Shown here piece by piece: positions 1 through 8,076 of a stretch of DNA of 25,914 nucleotides. A program made the position numbers and the translations under genes. The notes below the pieces were generated by a model that saw only the letters and a list, made by a program, of their open reading frames with translations, ran no database searches and was not told where the DNA came from. This stretch comes from Promethearchaeia archaeon (GTDB lineage: Archaea > Asgardarchaeota > Lokiarchaeia > Sigyniarchaeales > SOKP01), in the NCBI GenBank assembly GCA_046497275.1, contig JAWOFX010000166.1:1-25914 (forward strand), given 5' to 3'. Position 1 is the stretch's first letter, and every line of letters begins with the position of its first letter.

Positions 1-670
1 CCCCAGTATAACACACCCTCAGAGGTTCCATTTCTTTGTCAATAGGAATCTTGCGAAAATGCTCATCTATAGTTCTATCAAAATTAGATAATTTCATCAC
101 ATTATTTTCGTTATCAAGTAAATTCATCAAAGTATGAACTACTTTGGTAGTTAATGATTTGTTTTTTTCTCGACATCTAACAAGTCCTTCAATATGGCTT
201 ATTCTTTCAACATAGTATGCTTTGAGCAAGAATAAGAGCGTGTTTCTTAAAACTTTATAGTCATTAATTTTCCTTCCTGTTCTTTTTTCTAATTTAGGAA
301 ATACCCCTAACCATTCAAGATTTCTGAAATCATCTTGATGTAGATAATACATTCTAACATCCTTGAAGCCCATGTTCTTCAGGATTCTTTTCTGGACAAC
401 CCCATACAATCCTGCTCGACAAGGTCCGTGGTCAGCAATCATCATAAAGTCTTTAACATTATAATTACGATATAGGTTTATCATTTCACCAAGAATGACT
501 TTAAATGGAAAACAAACGAATTCAGGAGAATTTTTTACTCCTTCACTAACTATTTCAGTGTTTACTAGAGGGGGATCAACTACTTCAATACCTGGAAGAT
601 CATGGAAGAAAGCTTTGAAAAAAATATAACTCCACCCCATTCGTGAAAATGAGACTCTAACATTTACCAT
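1..670 (-). CDS. 2-hydroxyacyl-CoA dehydratase D-component-like / CoA-activase-associated protein (partial, runs off the left edge)
   Basis: Not in the ORF track; translated by hand from ATG at 670-668: MVNVRVSFSRMGWSYIFFKAFFHDLPGIEVVDPP...SPEFVCFPFKVILGE...DHGPCRAGLYGVVQKRIL...EPLRVCYTG. The frame is open to the window edge. The SPEFxCxPFK and GPCR motifs are typical of the family. It overlaps the activase stop by 7 nt. Confidence 0.85.
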   Translation of the reverse strand, partial: MVNVRVSFSRMGWSYIFFKAFFHDLPGIEVVDPPLVNTEIVSEGVKNSPEFVCFPFKVILGEMINLYRNYNVKDFMMIADHGPCRAGLYGVVQKRILKNMGFKDVRMYYLHQDDFRNLEWLGVFPKLEKRTGRKINDYKVLRNTLLFLLKAYYVERISHIEGLVRCREKNKSLTTKVVHTLMNLLDNENNVMKLSNFDRTIDEHFRKIPIDKEMEPLRVCYTG

Positions 671-1695
671 TTACCACACCTACTATTCCATCGTGCGAAT
701 ATCGCATCATCCTTTTCTCTTCCAGTGACTCTATTTTTATCTTCTTTCCTGACAAGATATTTAATTGTACATCTATTTGCACAATCATTACAGACAAATG
801 AACCTGGAGCTAAGTTCATTTCACTAACTTTTAGGCCATGAAAAGAAGATAATTGTCCATTTACATGTTCCCTTGCCAAAATGGCTGAACCAAATGCTCC
901 CATTACGTAATAATTTTCATGAATAATGACTTCATGTCCCAATTCTTCTTCAAAAGCATTTTTGATTCCGGAATTCGCTGCGACCCCTCCTTGGAATACA
1001 AAGGGAGGCCGAAGCTTTTTACCCTTGCAAACATTATTCAAGTAGTTTCTCACAAGAGCTTTACACAATCCCTTGATGATTGATTCTTTAGAATATCCTT
1101 CTTGTTGTTTACTGATCATATCAGATTCGGCAAAAACTGTGCATCGTCCTGCAATTGAGACTTCCTCTTCTGCTCGAAGAGCGTAATCCCCAAACTCTTC
1201 AATTGGAACCTTAATCCGAACTGCTTGATGATCTAGAAAAGATCCAGTTCCGGCAGCACAAACACTGTTCATGTTAAAATCTGTTACAATACCATTTTTC
1301 ATCAATATAACTTTGCTATCTTGTCCCCCGATTTCAAGAATTGTTCTCACGTCAGGGGTATAAGTTGAAGCTCCAATTGCATGAGCAATTATTTCAGGTT
1401 TTGCTATATCTGCACCGATAAGAGCCTTTATTAAATACCTAGCAGAACCTGTTGTCCCAACACCACAAATGCTTTTTTCGATGTTTTCGGGAAGGACTTT
1501 TTTCATGTATTTTAGATTTTCTTGTGTAGAAACAATGGGAGAACCATCATTTCTGGTCCAAGTTGCATACAATAACTCATTTCTCTCATTAATTATTGCA
1601 CATTTCGTGGAGACACTTCCAACATCTATTCCTAAATATAACTTATCATCCACAGTATCTGAAAGAACATTTTTGATAAATTCTGGTTCATTCAT
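664..1695 (-). CDS. CoA-substrate-specific enzyme activase (BcrAD/BadFG/HgdC-type ASKHA ATPase)
   Basis: Motifs YLGIDVGSVSTK, LEIGGQDSK, MNSVCAAGTGSFLD, GRCTVFAESD and FQGGVAAN, plus a C-terminal CxxCxNxC. ATGA overlap with the upstream gene at 1692-1695. Confidence 0.92.
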   Translation of the reverse strand: MNEPEFIKNVLSDTVDDKLYLGIDVGSVSTKCAIINERNELLYATWTRNDGSPIVSTQENLKYMKKVLPENIEKSICGVGTTGSARYLIKALIGADIAKPEIIAHAIGASTYTPDVRTILEIGGQDSKVILMKNGIVTDFNMNSVCAAGTGSFLDHQAVRIKVPIEEFGDYALRAEEEVSIAGRCTVFAESDMISKQQEGYSKESIIKGLCKALVRNYLNNVCKGKKLRPPFVFQGGVAANSGIKNAFEEELGHEVIIHENYYVMGAFGSAILAREHVNGQLSSFHGLKVSEMNLAPGSFVCNDCANRCTIKYLVRKEDKNRVTGREKDDAIFARWNSRCGKW

Positions 1696-4103
1696 TTGTA
1701 TTTCTTCCTCTTTATCATTTCGATAAAAGATTCTATTCTTGTAGTTATTTGAGATTCTCCAGTATGTTCATCTAATGTGAGATCAATAAAAGGTTTATCT
1801 TTCATGTCAAAATCTTGCATTACTAGTTCTTGAATCAAAGAATCAGGACCACATGCAAAAGAAATCAAGAAAATGCCCCCATCAATCTCTTCATTATGGA
1901 TAACATAATCAGATAATTGCATCAATTCATCTTCATTGTCCCAGAAATTGCAAAGATTATCATCAATTTCAACTCTTCTTGAGAAGATTTCCTGTGGAGC
2001 ATTTTCAACAGTTACAACATCAACAAAATAGGATTTGAGAATATCCATTAATCCATGATTAATAATTGGTTCATAAGTATTGTATGGATGGCCAAGAACC
2101 ATAATTGAAAGTGGATAATTTTCATAATCTTTGTTAAGTTTAGGTTGAGATCTTTTCTTAAAGTTATAATTTGGATATTCTTCAAAAGGATACATTTTTA
2201 AAAGTGCATCAGGGACAAGAATTCCATCCTCAATCAACTCATGGAATTTTTCAAGTTTTTTATATCCATTCTCATACGCGAGTTTTGATTCTTCTTTTGA
2301 TTTATTTAATTTTTTTCCAAAATCTATTACTGATTTCATCATTGAATGTTCTCTGGCATTAAAAGTCCATTCAATAACGGGAATTTTAGAAACTGCTGAG
2401 TGTTGGGTGACATCTGGAAGAATAATGAATTTCGGACAATAATAATGATCCTTACTATCACTAATGAGTCGTGGAACAAATATAAAATCTAGATCGGGGT
2501 GATTTCTTGATAAATAATTCACATGACCATAATGAATCTTCATTGGAATGCATAAATCGGTTGCAGATTGATTAGATCCCTTTGTAAGAATTTCTTTGTT
2601 TGTTTCTGGACTCACAATAACTTCGCAACCAAGAGATGTAAGTATTCCTTCCCATAATGGAAAATACTTGTAAAAATACAGGGAACGTGGGATACCTATC
2701 TTCAGTCTTTTCGCCTTTTCATTTTTTTTCTTATAATTCATCTTTTCGTACAAGTTTCGAAATAGGTTCTTGGGATCCGTTCGTTCTTTTACTTTATCAT
2801 ATATTTTCTTGTTATATACCTTCCAGAACAAGTCTTCCTCGTAGAAATTGTGAGTTATCAGAGTTTTCATTCCTCTAAGCTCATAAACCTTTTCTTCTAG
2901 CGCTTTATAGAAGTTAAATCCCTTTCTTTTTTGCTCGAACCCATAGATGGCAAAATCTATGAATAGTTCATCCTCGATGGGAGCGACCATTTCTTGATTG
3001 AGCCATGGGTAGAACTTGTACTCATCTAGTTTGTTTTTTTGCATTCGGTAAGGGACAATCCAAACCGGGAAGTAATCAAATAATTCCAGGTACCAATTGA
3101 AAAATTCTTCCGCGTGAGAGAATGGTATGAAAACATCAACAATCACGTCCGGTTCTCCCCCTTTCTTAGTTAAAAATGGTAATCGTTCGCTGATGTTAAG
3201 AATATTTGTCGATCCAAGTATAAAGGGCCCTACTAACCACCGGACTAGTTTACTCTCAAAAATTCCTCCAGCAATATTCCGTATCGACCAGTGACAATCT
3301 GCATCATATCTGAAAAAATAATCTATGGTGGAGAGGAAGTCTCGCTTTTTTTTCATCGCACTTTTATAATAAATATCGTAGAAATATTTATTCTTGTAAG
3401 GAGCTTCCTCCTCATCAACGAAGCTGGCAACGCAGAGTACGTTCATATTCTCGGAGAAGATAAGCCCGTCCATCATTTCAATATCTTGCTTTTCGTAATG
3501 TTGCTTGATAGCTTCCATGTATTCACTAAAAGTATTGTAGTGGATGTAATCGATGCGGACGCACTCTTTTGCTGGAACGAGCTTGAACTTCAAGAGCGTG
3601 ATGATTGCGATCGTACCGAAACTCCCGTGCAACATTTCGAATATTTCATGGTTATCACTTTTCGTGCATAAAATTATGTCACCTGTTCCCGTCACAATCT
3701 CTATTTCTTCACAGGAATCGAAAAATCCCCCATACTTGAAAGACATGGATTCAACTGAACATCCTGCTACTGCCCCGCCTATCGTGATTCCCTTGAGCTC
3801 GGAAACGCATTTCGGTACAAGCCCATACTTTAAGGTTTCTCTTGCAAGCTTGACAAAAGTAACTCCTGCTTCTGCAGTACACATCCTAGTCTCCGTGTTT
3901 ATCTCAATAATGTCTGTAAGCGACCTCACATCTATCGGCTTGTCACTATATTTCGGTTTATCCGGCTGTGGAGCCATATGGGAAACGCTCGCCTTTTTTA
4001 GAGAGAAAAATTCCCCCGGCTTCGAGTTATCGTACGCATTTCTAACCATCTCAGAGATCGCTTCTACTTTTCTTTTATGTATTGCTAGTTTTTCTTCACT
4101 CAT
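1692..4103 (-). CDS. Fusion protein: N-terminal FAD-linked (PCMH) oxidoreductase related to Delta24-sterol reductase / actinobacterial BfaA-type proteins, plus C-terminal DUF2229 / acyl-CoA dehydratase-activase-related domain
   Basis: N-terminal ~460 aa: VEAG-like AEAGVTF, ITIGGAVAGCSVESMSFKYG, GSFGTIAII, and KERTDPKNLFRNLYEK (typical end of this family). C-terminal ~340 aa: LKIGIPRSL, DLCIPMKIHYGHV, YYCPKF, VLGHPYN, SFACGPDS, LTLDEHTGE...TRIESF. Confidence 0.85.
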   Translation of the reverse strand: MSEEKLAIHKRKVEAISEMVRNAYDNSKPGEFFSLKKASVSHMAPQPDKPKYSDKPIDVRSLTDIIEINTETRMCTAEAGVTFVKLARETLKYGLVPKCVSELKGITIGGAVAGCSVESMSFKYGGFFDSCEEIEIVTGTGDIILCTKSDNHEIFEMLHGSFGTIAIITLLKFKLVPAKECVRIDYIHYNTFSEYMEAIKQHYEKQDIEMMDGLIFSENMNVLCVASFVDEEEAPYKNKYFYDIYYKSAMKKKRDFLSTIDYFFRYDADCHWSIRNIAGGIFESKLVRWLVGPFILGSTNILNISERLPFLTKKGGEPDVIVDVFIPFSHAEEFFNWYLELFDYFPVWIVPYRMQKNKLDEYKFYPWLNQEMVAPIEDELFIDFAIYGFEQKRKGFNFYKALEEKVYELRGMKTLITHNFYEEDLFWKVYNKKIYDKVKERTDPKNLFRNLYEKMNYKKKNEKAKRLKIGIPRSLYFYKYFPLWEGILTSLGCEVIVSPETNKEILTKGSNQSATDLCIPMKIHYGHVNYLSRNHPDLDFIFVPRLISDSKDHYYCPKFIILPDVTQHSAVSKIPVIEWTFNAREHSMMKSVIDFGKKLNKSKEESKLAYENGYKKLEKFHELIEDGILVPDALLKMYPFEEYPNYNFKKRSQPKLNKDYENYPLSIMVLGHPYNTYEPIINHGLMDILKSYFVDVVTVENAPQEIFSRRVEIDDNLCNFWDNEDELMQLSDYVIHNEEIDGGIFLISFACGPDSLIQELVMQDFDMKDKPFIDLTLDEHTGESQITTRIESFIEMIKRKKYK

Positions 4104-4517
4104 GTCAAAAATATTTCACGCCTCTTTTCGCTTTCTTTTTTCCAGCTTGCATTCTCTTCTTTTGAATCGTCAACCTCCAATTGGATATTTGTGAAGATGA
4201 TTCACTACTCTCTCGAAGCAATAACGCAGCATTTTTCATATTCCTTCTTTTCATAATAAAAAAAATTAGTCAAATTATATTAATTTTTCTGTGAATTTAA
4301 TAACCCTACTATGCCAAAAACTATAATTACCCACCAAACAAAAGATATCTCTTTCATTTTCTATAATAGAAATTAAAGCATTTAAACTATGGAAAAAATA
4401 TCGAAAGTTTTTGCTTTATTAATAGTTCATAATATTCTAAGATATTTTCATTGAATAAATAGTTGAAATTATTTACAAATGTATAATCTAATTGGTAAAA
4501 TTATATCATATTAAAGG

Positions 4518-5741
4518 TCACATTCTTTCAACTAATATTGATAAAATATTATTCCCAAAACCTCCAAAATTGCATGTGATACCTGTTTTAGCACCTTCAA
4601 CTTGTCGTTTTCCTGCCTCTCCTCTCAACTGCCAGACTAATTCAATAACTTGGGCAACACCAGTAGCCCCTAATGGATGCCCTCGTGCTTTTAAGCCTCC
4701 TGAAGGGTTTATTGGTATTTCACCTCCTATTTCTGTCAACCCCTCATGGGCTGCCTTTGCTCCCTCCCCTTTTTTAAAAAATCCTATATCCTCACTCTCA
4801 ACTGCTTCTAAAATTTCAAATGCATCATGCAATTCAGCTACATCAATATCTTTAGGACCTAAACCCGCCATTTTATATGCTTGGTTTGAGCAAATTTTTA
4901 GAGCTTTTAGAGTAGTCATATCCTCTCTTTCATACACAATATGTGTGTCAGTGGCTTGTCCTATTCCGGAAATCATAATAGGATCTTCACAATACTGTTT
5001 ACTTTTTTCGGCATTACACAGAACTAATGCAGCTGCTCCATCAGAAATAGGGCAAATATGGAATAATCTTAATGGATCTGCAATAATTGGATTTGTTTTA
5101 TCATCTTTTAGAAATTCTTGAACATTATCCCAATGGCCTTTACCTTTTTTAATAGCGGAATTCATAAAATCTTCTATAGGTCTTTGAAAATGAGCGTATG
5201 GATTTAAAGCACCATTTTTGTGGTTTTTTATCGCAATATCGGAAATCCATTCCAATTTAGAGTTATATTTATCTAGATATGCTCTTGTCAATAGCCCTCC
5301 ATAAGATGGTAATGAAACCCCATGAATTCTTTCCGCCTCATTGTGGGTTATAGTAGCCACAGTGGAAGTAATAAATCCGGGTGTGGAGATATGGGTCATT
5401 TTTTCCCCACCTGCAACTAACACTAAATCACTCAATCCTGATGCTATAGCTTGAAATCCCGCTTTTATAGCAGAACCACCACTTGCAGGTCCATTCTTTA
5501 AATGATCTGCCCCTGCAGGTAGTAAGCTTATCCTATCTACTAAAGCATTAGCAACTCCACTCATATGATTCAATATTTCTGGACTCATCACACCCACATA
5601 CACAGAATCAAAATCTTTATTACTCGTATTTGAATCTTCAATTGCTTTTAGCGAAGCTTCTGATAATAAATCTAATAAATTTTTATCATTTAATTTTCCA
5701 AATTTTGTATGTCCTACTCCGATAATGGCTACTTTATTCAT
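4518..5741 (-). CDS. Archaeal/SCP2-type thiolase-domain protein with the canonical nucleophilic Cys replaced by Pro
   Basis: KVAIIGVGHTKFG, VLVAGGEKMTH, ISDGAAALVL, ELHDAF, NPSGGLKARGHPLGATG. The expected CASG reads PASG (P85). Upstream GAGTGA RBS. Confidence 0.88.
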   Translation of the reverse strand: MNKVAIIGVGHTKFGKLNDKNLLDLLSEASLKAIEDSNTSNKDFDSVYVGVMSPEILNHMSGVANALVDRISLLPAGADHLKNGPASGGSAIKAGFQAIASGLSDLVLVAGGEKMTHISTPGFITSTVATITHNEAERIHGVSLPSYGGLLTRAYLDKYNSKLEWISDIAIKNHKNGALNPYAHFQRPIEDFMNSAIKKGKGHWDNVQEFLKDDKTNPIIADPLRLFHICPISDGAAALVLCNAEKSKQYCEDPIMISGIGQATDTHIVYEREDMTTLKALKICSNQAYKMAGLGPKDIDVAELHDAFEILEAVESEDIGFFKKGEGAKAAHEGLTEIGGEIPINPSGGLKARGHPLGATGVAQVIELVWQLRGEAGKRQVEGAKTGITCNFGGFGNNILSILVERM

Positions 5742-5799
5742 AATTACTCACTCTTTTCTTATTATACTGATTAATTAATTGGTTTTTTAAAACTAATAT

Positions 5800-7476
5800 T
5801 CAAAACACTTGTCTATTTTTATATTCTCCAAAGATTTCTCTTAATACATCACATATTTCCTGAAGTGTAGCATATGTTTTCACAGTTTTTATCATTATTG
5901 GCATAATATTTTCACCCTTTTTTGCCACTTCTCTTAATCTATTAAGATGCTCTCTAACTTGATCATTATCCCTAGTTTTCCTTAATTCTTCTAATTCTTT
6001 AATTTTTTGTTGTTCTATAGATTGATCAAATTCGAATGTCGGTATTTCATAATCTTCTTCAATTTTATAAGTATTTACCCCAATTATTTTATCCTTCCCA
6101 CTTTCAATTCGTTTTTGTTTTAAATATGCATTTTCCAAGATTTCTCTTTGAATGAAATTATCATCTATTGCCCTTGGCATTCCTCCCAAATCTTCAATCC
6201 TATTGATATATTTCATTGCTTCCTCTTGTAATTTATTAGTTAAATATTCAATTATATAAGAACCTCCAAAAGGGTCCACTATATCTGTAACTCCTGACTC
6301 GTGAGCAAGTACTTGTTGAGTTCTAAGAGATAATCTTACGGAATCTTCTGTTGGCAAACATAGGGCTTCGTCAAAAGAATTTGTATGAAGTGATTGTGTT
6401 CCTCCTAAGATTGCTGCTAAAGCTTGGACAGTGACTCTAACTATATTCACATGTGGTTGTTGTGCTGTTAATGTGACGCCAGCCGTTTGAGCATGAAATC
6501 GTAGTTTCAATGAATTATTTTTCTTAGCATTGAATCGTTCTCTCATTATTTTTGCCCATATCCTTCTAGCTGCCCTAAATTTGGCAACCTCTTCAATGAA
6601 ATTATTTTGAGCTGTAAAGAAAAAGGACAACCGAGGAGCAAAATCATCAACATTTATTCCGCGTTTTACAACTTCTTGAACATAAGTAATCCCATTTGCT
6701 ATGGTGAATGCAATCTCTTGTATGGCATTCGAACCTGCTTCCCTCATATGATATCCACTAATACTAATTGTATTAAATTTCGGTAGATTTTTTGAGCAAT
6801 AATCAATAACATCAACTGTTAGCCTCAATGAAGGTTCTGGTGGAAATATATATGTTCCTCGAGCAACATATTCTTTCAATATATCATTTTGTACGGTGCC
6901 TCTTAATTCATCTTGTTTTACACCTTGTTTTTCTGCTACTGCAATATACATTGCTAATAATACTGCTGTAGGAGAATTTATTGTCATACTTGTCGATACT
7001 TTATCTAGAGGAATTCCATCAAACAATATCTCCATATCTTTTAATGACCTTACTGAAACACCTACCCTACCAACTTCTCCTTCACATAAATCATTGTCCG
7101 GATCATAGCCCATCTGTGTAGGTAAATCAAAAGCGACAGAAAGTCCTTTCTGACCTTGCGAGATTAAATATTTAAATCGCTCGTTTGTTTTTTTCGCATC
7201 AGCAAAACCACTATATTGTCTCATGGTCCATATCCTTCCTCTATACATAGTTGGATATACACCCCTAGTAAAGGGATATGCTCCTGGATAATTGAGATCT
7301 TCGATAAAATTAAGATTTTTAACATCCTCAGGATCATAAACTTGTTTTAAATCTATGTTTGATGGGGTTTTGAACTCTTCTTTTCTTTCTCCTTTTTTTA
7401 AATATTTAGACAAAATTTCCTTTTCCCATCTTACTCTCTCTTCCCTTATTTCATTTAATTCTTTTTCGGAAAACAT
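5800..7476 (-). CDS. Methylmalonyl-CoA mutase, large (substrate-binding, N-terminal domain) subunit of the split archaeal type
   Basis: [25 protein letters not shown] (Tyr specificity position of MCM), [46 protein letters not shown]. There is no C-terminal B12-binding domain. GAGGA RBS. Confidence 0.93.
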   Translation of the reverse strand: MFSEKELNEIREERVRWEKEILSKYLKKGERKEEFKTPSNIDLKQVYDPEDVKNLNFIEDLNYPGAYPFTRGVYPTMYRGRIWTMRQYSGFADAKKTNERFKYLISQGQKGLSVAFDLPTQMGYDPDNDLCEGEVGRVGVSVRSLKDMEILFDGIPLDKVSTSMTINSPTAVLLAMYIAVAEKQGVKQDELRGTVQNDILKEYVARGTYIFPPEPSLRLTVDVIDYCSKNLPKFNTISISGYHMREAGSNAIQEIAFTIANGITYVQEVVKRGINVDDFAPRLSFFFTAQNNFIEEVAKFRAARRIWAKIMRERFNAKKNNSLKLRFHAQTAGVTLTAQQPHVNIVRVTVQALAAILGGTQSLHTNSFDEALCLPTEDSVRLSLRTQQVLAHESGVTDIVDPFGGSYIIEYLTNKLQEEAMKYINRIEDLGGMPRAIDDNFIQREILENAYLKQKRIESGKDKIIGVNTYKIEEDYEIPTFEFDQSIEQQKIKELEELRKTRDNDQVREHLNRLREVAKKGENIMPIMIKTVKTYATLQEICDVLREIFGEYKNRQVF

Positions 7477-7496
7477 TTTTATTCCTCTTTATTAAT

Positions 7497-7862
7497 TTAA
7501 GCCACTGGTTTAAATTTATAAGATTCAATTTCTTTGCCATCTAAATCATCACAAATTTTCATATTAATTAGTTCTAATTTCATTCCTATTGTTAGATTTT
7601 CCTTTTCCGTAAGTTGACCAAGTGCTTTTATTCCGTTCTCAAATTCTACGATTGCTAGTGCATAGGAATCTTTATTTCTAAATTCCATTGGTGCTGCTTT
7701 TAAAATGGTGTAAGTTAATAATTTAGCATGGCCTTTAGGGTTAATTTCTTCAAAAAGTTCATTTTTACATTTTAAGCATCTTAAATGGGAGTTTTGTTGT
7801 AAATATCCGCATTTTTTACATTTTTTCCATTTAATGGTATATTGATTATTCAATGCTCTCAC
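7497..7862 (-). CDS. DUF35-family Zn-ribbon/OB-fold protein (thiolase partner)
   Basis: CKKC...CLKC zinc ribbon followed by LLTYTI...AP..F...YALAIVEFENG.K.LGQ...IGMKL. GTG start; an in-frame TAG lies just upstream. Confidence 0.88.
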   Translation of the reverse strand: MRALNNQYTIKWKKCKKCGYLQQNSHLRCLKCKNELFEEINPKGHAKLLTYTILKAAPMEFRNKDSYALAIVEFENGIKALGQLTEKENLTIGMKLELINMKICDDLDGKEIESYKFKPVA

Positions 7863-7953
7863 ATTCTTTTTCTATTATCATAAAAAATGATTTCTGTTTT
7901 ATAATATTAGAGATATAATTTTTTAAAATATTATTTTTAAAATGTTAAGAGAT

Positions 7954-7967
7954 ATTACTTAAGTAAT
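7954..7967. promoter_or_regulatory. Perfect 14-bp palindrome (ATTACTTAAGTAAT) in a divergent promoter region; candidate operator
   Basis: It lies near the middle of the ~200-nt gap between the divergent DUF35 and acyl-CoA dehydrogenase operons. The high AT content lowers its significance. Confidence 0.35.
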
Positions 7968-8076
7968 TTTTGCGTAGTATCGTTAAAATCCAACTATTTA
8001 CCATCATATCTATAAATATTTACGCATTATTTTAATAAAATTAATAATAATTTATGAATAAGTTAAAGTGGTTTTA

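Noticed and set aside
661-675. Short tandem ATTTACC repeat at the gene junction
   Set aside because: Only two copies; it is explained by the overlapping Lys-Trp-stop and Met-Val-Asn coding.
1370-1400. Activase lacks the first HgdC cluster Cys (EIIAHA instead of ExxCHA)
   Set aside because: The EIxAHA variant with a C-terminal CxxCxNxC is, to my knowledge, usual for DUF2229-associated activases, so it is not unusual.
1469-5121. Plus-strand ORFs 1469-1726, 2171-2362, 2657-2878, 3291-3671, 3553-4194 and 4492-5121
   Set aside because: Antisense shadows of well-supported minus-strand genes, with no recognisable motifs.
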